Assembly (NCBI RefSeq): GCF_004010195.1
Contig: NC_057718.1
Location: forward strand, 53,977,605-54,022,837
From: Chiloscyllium plagiosum
Taxonomy: Eukaryota
DNA: 45,233 nucleotides
Reading direction: 5' to 3'
Positions 36,471-45,233 of the stretch are shown piece by piece. The position numbers and the translations under genes are program-made. Position 1 is the stretch's first letter, and the number at the start of each line of letters is the position of its first letter. The notes beneath the pieces were generated by a model. That model saw only the letters and a program-made list of their open reading frames with translations, made no database searches and was not told the origin of the DNA.

Positions 36471-38686
36471 TTGCTGAGACTGGTCCCAGATTTACTGATT
36501 TCAGGCTTTAAACTGTTGATCTTAGATCATTTCACTCAGCAATCAGTTCTCACTATGCACATACTTTCTCTAATTCGGTGAGGTGCAAACACAATGTGGA
36601 ACTGATGTGCTATGTGGAATCCAAGGTTAAAAAGTGCTTTTCCATGCCATTTTAATTGGTTCAATGCTTTCCCATCAAACACAAGATTTCCTCTGGCCTT
36701 AGGGTCATACCCTAGGGAAAACCAGATGGTGAGGGGCTGATGTCATGGGATGGTCCCAATGTCAATTTAAAAGGATTTAGTTCCTCACACATCTGAAAAA
36801 TCCATCTCTACTTGAATGGAACAGTTCCACACACCCCCCCCCCCCCAACAATACACATTTATTCTTGAACATATTCTTGTCACAGCTCGGATACGAATTT
36901 TTTTCTGACATATAAAGCTGATGAATCATACCCTGAGTGTCTTGTAAAATTGCATTTTATGCATTTGTAGCTTTGGAAACATCTAGACTCAACAAAACTT
37001 AAAACAAATTTATTTTCTATGCCTTTGTTGCAGCTTGAACATTATATCAGATCTATTATATACTGAAAACAGTACATACTGTTCTCCATCCTATGAATCT
37101 TTAAATACTTGATTTTATACTGGATGTGAACAAATCATTTTGAACTCTATGGTCTCTGTGTAACAGTAACTTAAATGTCCTTTGATATAGTCTGTTATTC
37201 ACCAGTAACATTTCATAGAATCACTGCTGTGAAAGTTATCATTTGGAAACTTTGGTTCTAAAGTAGAGTGATATGGAAATGCAAACAATGAAACTTACAG
37301 TCTATCAAGTCCGGCTTCACTCTAGGATCTGACTTGACAATGTTACTATCAGCTGGGATCATAACACTATAATATTTTGTCCTCCAGATTTTGCTTTTAA
37401 TTCATCTGCCAGACTTCCATTTCCCTCTTCACTGGGTTGAATTTCATTGATCCAATGGTAATGAGGTTGAAAGCAGGAGTGCCAGTACAATAAGCAGGGA
37501 CTTTTGAAGCATCCTGTCAGTTGGGAATATTTCTTGGGAAGGTTGAGACTAGGATCAATTGTCACCCTACTGACACAAACAACCAATTGAGATGGTGAAA
37601 GCCCCAAATTGGGAATATTTCAGAAGGCCCTCCAGCATTCTGATATTGCTGGAGTGTCACATTGACTTAGCCACTCCACGTGTGACAATCGAGGTGACCT
37701 GGAAGGCTATTGGAGGCAGGAACCCAACGTCCCAGTGAAAGTCCCATGAGCTAAGCTATTCATCTGAAAGGTTTTTCCTCTCACTGCAAAAGGCCTAGCT
37801 TCGACTCTCTGGACCACATCGAACAGTGGAACTGTGGATATTCCAAAGTTCATTGACCTCAGATTGTTGCAGCAGTATCAGGATCCACTCACCATCTTTA
37901 ACTGGATGGTGAAAACAGAAGCAGCCAATTAAGAGGCCACCTCCTGAAAGATTGCACCAGAGAGTATTTTTCGACCAAGTGTGGACTGTGGACCCTTGTT
38001 TATGTCCTAAGCCTATTGCATGATCCAATCCAATGGGCCCAAATTGTTTTCACTCAAATCATCCACTCTAACAAATGGACTTGATTGAATGGATGTGTAG
38101 TTAGTTCAAATGAGAATCAGAGTCGGAACTGTAAAAAAGACAATAGTTAAAAGATTTGGCCAACTGTGATAAAAACTGAGACAGTGACAATAACTTTGTT
38201 CCATTATTTTTGTTGCTAAACAGTGTTCTTTCTTTGTTCTTTTTTGGCTAATTCACAGACGTTGCTCCTCAGCCTGTTCTGATCTCCTTCTGCTGATATC
38301 TAAGTGTTCCTTTCCTCAATCAGCCTCCATTTCCCAAACAACCAGAGGTTGCAGTCTCTTTGCCCTCATCTGTTCATGGCTAAAAATTCAGAGTTACAAC
38401 CCACAACTATCCTGCCCCCAACCCCACAGCACATGTCTCAGAATTCTTGAGTTTTGTTTTTTCTTCCAGTCAGCCACTGTCGCAAAGAAATACAGGCTTG
38501 GAAACTTACATTAGTGAAGACAAATGCTCACACATGTCTCCTTCGTTGGTCTCGGAGACAGGAGATTTCATGATATCTTGCTTAGACTTGCAAGAAATAA
38601 ATTAAAGTACTCACCACCTTCAAAAATTGATATCAGCTTACTGAGTGCAGTCTGGACTTTGAAGTTGGTAACTTCCTGATTTATAA

Positions 38687-38981
38687 TGTTATGGACCAGG
38701 CCAGATCTCCCCCCTCAAAATATTTTAAAGAAAGCCCAGACTATAACACTTTCTTATTTAAAGGCAGATGTGAAATGGGTGTTACAGATGTAATGCAACA
38801 GGTCAAACCATTTGATTTTAAACAAAAGACAATTTATTTAAAAGCTACAATTAAAACACGAACAAATGAAAGCAGAATTTAGAATAACATAACTATTGGA
38901 AACCTTAGCCCAATACTCGATACTTTAACTTAACTCATTATTTGTTCCAATATAATAACATCTCAATAACACATCCCTTGA
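38687..38981 (-). mobile_element. Partial LTR-like repeat
   Basis: Starts tgttatggaccaggccaga (TG terminus) and contains a minus-strand AATAAA. The other end is not identifiable. Confidence 0.45.
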
Positions 38982-39455
38982 GTTCCAGCTAATCCATCCC
39001 CTTGTTCTCGTAATTGGCCAGCCATTATGCTGCCCTGTCTTCTCATGCCAAATGGAGAACAGACAGAGCTTGGTTACTTAGGCTGTTTGATTGACAGTCA
39101 AGACAAATTTAACTTTCTCCCATCTTCAAAGCCTTTATAACTAACAAATGAAAATATTTAAATAAAAATGGAAGAGGAATGTTCTGGAGATTAGTTTTTA
39201 ATTCCTAGAGGCTCCAATTTGATCCAGACTGAAACTCTAACTCTCGGCAGATTTATTTTCATATATTTATCAAGCCATTCACATGGCAATTGAAAAGTTA
39301 CACCTAAGTTACAATGTTACTGAAAACTTCAGAGACTGGTAACTGTAAAATGGTAGTTGTTGTGTAAAATGGCATAAAGACCAAGGCTCTGAGAAGAGAA
39401 GGAGATAGTGAAACTAGATTACCTTGGAGTAAAGAATTAAACACCTGGAAATTAT

Positions 39456-39768
39456 TAGATTACTTACAGTGTAAGTAAGTGGAAACAGGCCCTTCAGCCC
39501 AACAAGTCCACACTGACCCGCCGAAGCGCAACCCACCCAGACCCATTCCCCTATATTTACCCCTGCACCTAACACTATGGGCAATTTAGCATGGCCAATT
39601 CACCTAACCTGCACATTTTTGGACTGTGGGAGGAAACTGGAGCACCCGGAGGAAACCCACGCAGACACAGGGAGAATGTGCAAACTCCACACAGTCAGTC
39701 AACTGAGGCGGGAATTGAACCCGGGTCTCTGGCGCTGTGAGGCAGCAGTGCTAACCATTATGCCACCC
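39456..39768 (-). mobile_element. HE1-type V-domain SINE (young)
   Basis: Minus strand ggtggcataatggttagcactgctgcc, B box GGTTCAATTCC, an intact V core and retained CpGs. Confidence 0.92.
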
Positions 39769-40404
39769 GGTGTGTATCAGTATCAGACAAAAAGATAAAA
39801 TCCTGAGATAAAAACCAGGAATAAAATGCTGAAGATGCTACTTCAAGCTGAGTATGTTTATGATAAGAGGCCTAGTAACTCCAGGAAAAACGTATCTACA
39901 ATTCAAAGGCACAACTTGTAGACTTTAATGATTTTGATCTATCAAGATGTCAGGAAAGGGACTCTAGTGTGGTGTACAAGTGACATCTTTGAGTATTATA
40001 CAATTTGTATCTAGGGTACTATACAAAGGCTGAACAAAAGTAATCAACAAAATGCTCAAAATTCGAAGTAAAGCTGAAAAAAACTCTTCTGAAAGCAATG
40101 GGTGTTTTCCTTAAGCATAAAAGAAGCAATGCAACAGAAATCCATGTCAAACATTGAAACTCCATTATTTACTTTGCAGGGTTTCAAAACCCTCTAAAAA
40201 AGGTAAAGAAAATCCATTCGTTATGCATAAAAATTCATTAGTTCTAAAGTTAGAGTTGAAAAATTCTTTTTAAAATACAAAATCACCATGACTACAAGAA
40301 ACATGAACAAAACCATGTTACTAACTCAAAAAACATAATTTACAGTAAATGATATTAAAAGTTCATTTAATTGTGAGTTGACATCACAATTTGATTGACA
40401 ATTT

Positions 40405-40915
40405 AGCATTAGTTAAGCCACTTTTGGAATACTGCATTCAGTTCTGGTCTCCCTGCTATAGGAAAGATGTTGTGAAGCTTAAGAGAGTTCAGAAAGGATT
40501 TATAAAGATGTTGTTAGGTTGGATGGCTTGAGCTACAGGGAGAGGCTAAATAAGCTGGGGCTCTTTTCCCTAGAGCGTCGGAGGTTGATTGGTGACCGTA
40601 TAGATGTTTATAAAATCATGAGGGGCATGGATACATTGAATAGTCAAAATCTTTTCTCCAGGGTAGGGGAGTCCAAAACTAGAGGGCATAGATTTAAGAT
40701 GAGAGGGGAAGGACTGAAAAGTGACCTAAGGTGCAAAGTTTACATGCAGACAGTGGTATGTACTGTCAGAGGTGCTAGAGGCAGGTACAATCACAACATT
40801 TAAAAGGCATCTAGATGGGTATATGAATAGGAAAGTTTCAGAGGGATATTGGCCAAATGCTGGTAAATGGGACTAGATAAATTTAGAATATCTGATCGGC
40901 ATGACTCTATTTGGG
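40405..40915 (+). mobile_element. CR1 3' fragment
   Basis: VKPLLEYCIQFWSP, LSYRERLNKLGLFSLERRRL and KTRGHRFK. Confidence 0.92.
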
Positions 40916-41499
40916 AAGGAAGGGCTAATGAACAATTGCATAATTTTGTGTTACTTACATCATTATTGGAAGGAAACCTAAATAAAACACTTATTAACAC
41001 AGGAACTTTTGAATTCTGTTTCTTTGCTCAATGTTTTAGTAGAAGTGTAGAGTACTTTAAGCACTCCTCAATTAAACATGCATGCAATGATTTCCCAGAC
41101 AAAGTTTTGTGAAATGTGTTTTCGTGAAAGGTGATGCATTATAAGTATAAAATGAACTTTAGTGTGATTTAACTGCATGATAGATGTTCCTAGGAAAGAC
41201 GTTTCTATCCACACAGGACATGAAAGGCAGAAAATTTTGACAGAATTCTGAGTTACAGTTTAAGTATTGTAAATTCAGACACAACAATTTCACCAACACA
41301 AAAATGTTAGGTCTTCATGTCATCACGTTATACTTCTGAGAGTATGCGCATTTGTATTAAAAAAAATTCCACTGTGACATCTACCATCTGGCAATTGTCT
41401 TACAATATCAACACCAATGATTACAAATCCAAATGATGCTTGCCAACTATCTTGCTTTTCCGATGAGGCAGTCCCATGGTATTTCAGCTTACAGACTCT

Positions 41500-41670
41500 C
41501 TATCTAAGAGCTACCTCAGTTATCTGCCACTGCTCTGATAGCTTTTATTGATGTTTACTTGGCCTCAGTAAAACTTCAGCTCATTCAAACAAACCAGCCA
41601 AAGCCTATCTTAATCCAAGGCATATTTACCTGTCACACCTCTCCTTACTGACCTATATTGACTCCCATTG
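41500..41670 (+). mobile_element. L2 RT C-terminal remnant
   Basis: KLQLIQ...VTPLLTDLY*LP resembles L2 KLQLIQN...HITP.L..LHWLP. Confidence 0.6.
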
Positions 41671-42299
41671 CCCGCTAGCCAAGGGCTACACCAGAATAGG
41701 TAACAGCTATGTCTTAACAAGGGTGATAGGAAAAGTGGCCAACTTCACAGGAACAATAGCATTTTGTGCAAAGCAGGACTAGGCACTGCTCATTAAGCAG
41801 GAATTGGGTGATAAGTCTTCTAAGAGGCTGCTTGACCTTCAAGGTTATCATGGCTACTAAATTAAAGATAGAAGAGAGGACAGTGGAAAAGATGTATATT
41901 GTCTATGCAACCCTTGGATGGATGATCTTAATGTCACAAGGGTCATAGAAGTCAAACTTTCTGGAAATTTCAACAGAAAACATAAAAACATTTAAAAATG
42001 AGGTTTTAAAGAAATCGGCAATACAAACTACGAACGGCCATCACAGATTCAGGACATGAGCTCAGAGTTCAGAGAAGACAGACAGATCCAGCTGAGTGAC
42101 TGAATCCTGGCCAGCTATCCCTCAGAGTGCAGGTAAAACCGGAGTCTTAGCAATGAGTCTGGGGCAATTTTGTTTCTAACCCGATACAACTTTATGCTGT
42201 AGTGCTAAACTGACTGAGTGATAAATAAAGAAGTAGATTGCTGTAACAGTACAGGCAGTAATCATTGTATATACTGGCATTGATCCGGAAAGGGCAACA

Positions 42300-42545
42300 G
42301 CCCTAGGTGAAATCAAGAAATCACTGACTGTGGCGGATACAAAGACAACGAATCATGCTAACATCTTGACCGCAGTGCTGAATACATGTATTTTCGAACT
42401 AGCCACACCAACAACCAGGGTGTTCCAGTTCAGCTCGTGTACTGGAATCTACATGACAAAATGGAAAACTGCCTTAACTAGGTCCTGTTCTTTAGGAAAC
42501 AAACAATCCTACCAACCTATCAAATAATACAGGCACCTATGAACC
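42300..42545 (+). mobile_element. Internal fragment of the 16725-20200 LINE family (RT N-terminus)
   Basis: ANILTAVLNTCIFELATP..RVFQFSSCTGIYMTKWKTA parallels DNIISIVLRASAPE...MYLAKWIIA. Confidence 0.7.
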
Positions 42546-42569
42546 GAACTCGGGAGTTCTTTCCTTAAG

Positions 42570-42856
42570 TTCAGGGCATAGGTTTAGGGTGAGAAGGGAA
42601 AGATATAAAAGAGACCTAAGGGGCAACTTTTTCATGCAGAGGGTGGTACGTGTATGGAATGAGCTGCCAGAGGAGGTGGTGGAGGCTGGTACAATTGCAA
42701 CATTTAAGAGGCATTTGGATGGGTATATGAATAGGAAGGGTTTGGAGGGATAGGGACCGGGTGCTGGCAGGTGGGATTAGATTGGGTTGGGATATCTGGT
42801 CGGCATGGACATGTTGGACCGAAGGGTCTGTTTCCATGCTGTACATCTCTATGACT
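42570..42856 (+). mobile_element. CR1 3' end (young)
   Basis: gggcataggtttagggtgaga...ttggaccgaagggtctgtttccatgctgtacatctctatgact. Confidence 0.92.
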
Positions 42857-43004
42857 GCTCTGCATCACTATATCGCAGATTTTTTAAAGAACTTACATGA
42901 AAATATACCAGCACACATACCTTTGTTATTTGTTCCTCTGCAAAGTTCTTTGGAGCCCTTAAAGACATTGTATGGGGAGGAGTAGTTATTATTGCTATTT
43001 AATA

Positions 43005-43075
43005 CTGCTACAGTAATCATGGATGATTTTAATTTTCACAGACTGGGCAGACTATAATAGTAATAATATGTGATC
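43005..43075 (+). mobile_element. CR1 endonuclease fragment
   Basis: acagtaatcatggatgattttaattttcac..gactgg reads TVIMDDFNFH..DW. Confidence 0.55.
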
Positions 43076-44786
43076 TCAGCCAATATTATTACTGGAAAAG
43101 TCAGACCGCAGCCCGAAATATGGCTTGATTGTTAAATTAATAAACAAAAAAAAGTATGATCAATGCAATCTCTCGCTTAAACATGAGCATATTTCAATAA
43201 TAAAAGTAAAGTATAATATGCAAAAGGACAATAAAATAAAACAAATATATATAAAAACATGCTGTGAAAGATTTTAAAACAAGAAAAATACAATACTTCC
43301 CTCTATCTCAATAGCATTCATTTACAGTATTCAAATTCCCTCCTTTACCACAATCATTGTTTTGACTTAACTGTTTGTTTCAATTTAGTCTTAAGAATTT
43401 GATAATATCTTCCATAAGTATTTGCATAACCAAATGTAGAATTCATCAGCTTCAATTAACCCCATCAGTACTATAACTAAACACTTCTGGTCTGGAGTTT
43501 TCAAACTAAAACTATTCAATGAGATAACCTATTTTATAACTTCTCAGAACTAATTCCTTTCTCTAGGAATAACTGTTTCTTATATTAAAAATTCATGTAG
43601 GACATCTCCCAAATTAAACAAAAAGCTATCCAAGCAATGGGCACATCCGCTAAGCAAAATAAATTCCTGAGACTTTTCACTAAAAGCAGACTAATATTTC
43701 TCAATGATTATTCTGTCCAAGGTAAATGTCTCCCAATGCAAATAAATTCCCATTCGCACTCGGGACCATATCCCTCACACAACCTTTCAGATAAAAAAAC
43801 AAGAATCCAGAAATACTGACAGAGCAAAGCCCATGTGCCACTAGTTAGTAATCCAAACTCAAATAAATTATTTAAATAGATATAGATCATGCAGCCTCCA
43901 ATACCAGTCCAGAGGATTGTCCGTGGTCAGGGTGATTTCGATCGGAGGGTCTGTGCTTCTGCATGCCATGGAATGTGTCAGGGTTAGTCCTGAGGAAACA
44001 TAGCAAATAGTTGAGTGGTAGGTAGGTCCAAAATAAGTTCAGAGATGTAGAGGCATCAGGGAGGCATCTGGGCACTTTTCATCCAAAGCTGTCCATTTAG
44101 ATTGCTTAAGGCACAGTCACTCCAATAGGCTCATCCAAAGAAACTATGGGAAAAGGGGAGATGGGGGAAGGATGCTGCTGTGGAAAGGAGATTCAAGAAC
44201 CAGTTCATGGGAATGGGGAACTGCTGGCTGGGGAATAGCGAAGCAACAACTGTATTTAAAGGGTGAGAGGAATACAGTAATGTATGGATAGGAATGGAGT
44301 AATGCAGGGAAGAGGTGGGGTCATGATTAGGAGAACCCTGGCTTCATGACTGAGATAGTGAATGTCCACGTGTGGCATAGTCATCTTATTTGCCAGAGGC
44401 TGGGGGCAATAAAGGTGAACAGGTCCAGGCTCACATAGACAGGTTGGGTAGGGACCTCAGGAGGTGAGATGCCTTTGGGTTTTACAGGAAGAGGTATCAA
44501 GAAGTGGGTGTGGAGATTCAAGGCCTCACTGACATATCCAGGCAGAGACCAGATTCCACTGTCAAAACAGTGTTCACTGTCATCTTCGATCCTGCTGGAA
44601 ATTGAAAGAGCACAATGTGAAAGAAGATGGCTGCAGCACAGACTGTGCAGGGGAAGGTTCTAGACCTATGAGGGTGGAGGTTGAGAGACCCACCAATCTG
44701 AAGGGCTTTAGAGGGCAAGAACATTCCCAAGAGACCCATGCACTGCATAGGAAACAGACCTGCAATGACACAAATCCCTAACAAAG

Positions 44787-45233
44787 TGGAGTGGATCGGT
44801 ACCTGGGACTACGATGTTGTGGCCATCACGGAAACGTGGATAGAAGAGGGACAGGAATGGTTGTTGGAGGTTCCTGGTTACAGATGTTTCAGTAAGATTA
44901 GGGAGGGTGGTAAAAAAGGAGGGGTGGGGGGGGGCGTTGCGAATTAGAAATGATAAAACGGCTGCAGAAATGTAGTTCGAGGGGGATCTGCCTTTGGAGG
45001 TAGTATGGGCTGAAGTCAGGAATAGGAAAGGTGCAGTCACCTTTTTCGGTGTTTACTATAGGCCCCCCAATAGCAGCAGAGATGTGGAGAAACAGATTGG
45101 GAAACAGATTTTGGAAAGGTGCAGAAGCCACAGGGTAGTAGTCATGGGCGATTTCAACTTCCCAAATATTGATTGGAAGCTCTTTAGATAAAGTAAATTG
45201 GATGGGGCGGTGTTTGTGCAGTGTATCCAGGAA
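44787..45233 (+). mobile_element. Young 5'-truncated CR1, AP-endonuclease region; runs off the right edge
   Basis: WIGTWDYDVVAITETW, KGGVGG, VYYRPPNS and VMGDFNFPNIDW. Many CpGs are retained. Confidence 0.95.

Noticed and set aside
36834..36846. 13-nt poly-C run
   Set aside because: An isolated homopolymer with no supporting context.
38225..38258. Strong plus-strand acceptor (pyrimidine tract + cacag)
   Set aside because: No convincing donor or recognisable peptide follows.
1..45233. Reverse-transcriptase ORFs as a retron, DGR or other prokaryotic system; CRISPR arrays; operons
   Set aside because: The RT pieces carry LINE motifs, several have a linked AP endonuclease, all are disrupted, and they sit among vertebrate SINEs. 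No repeat-spacer array or gene-dense structure exists.

Overview
This is eukaryotic, non-coding, repeat-dense DNA, most likely from a cartilaginous fish (shark). It carries HE1/V-domain SINEs, many CR1 (HER1-like) LINEs, Deu-domain SINEs, L2 and Rex1/Babar remnants and Penelope-like termini. I find no intact protein-coding gene: the ORFs I can recognise are broken retroelement fragments or their antisense shadows, and the rest look like chance ORFs. Most of the window is a layered fossil record of nested insertions. Main items: (1) a near full-length minus-strand CR1 (6338-10617) with zinc-finger/SGNH-esterase ORF1, APE-RT ORF2 and a repeated, donor-rich 5'UTR. (2) A 266-bp fold-back Penelope-like insert (26899-27164) with a perfect 12-bp target-site duplication and a decayed minimal hammerhead ribozyme in each arm; four further hammerhead-bearing termini occur elsewhere. 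(3) A ~3.5-kb LINE that appears to start with a tRNA-like (Pol III B-box) head and to lack ORF1. (4) A Gypsy-type LTR retrotransposon scattered over ~7 kb by later insertions. (5) Repeat-free AT-rich blocks that look like conserved non-coding elements. Family names come from my recall of motifs, not from database searches, and most boundaries are approximate. I do not see convincing evidence of a wholly new biological system.
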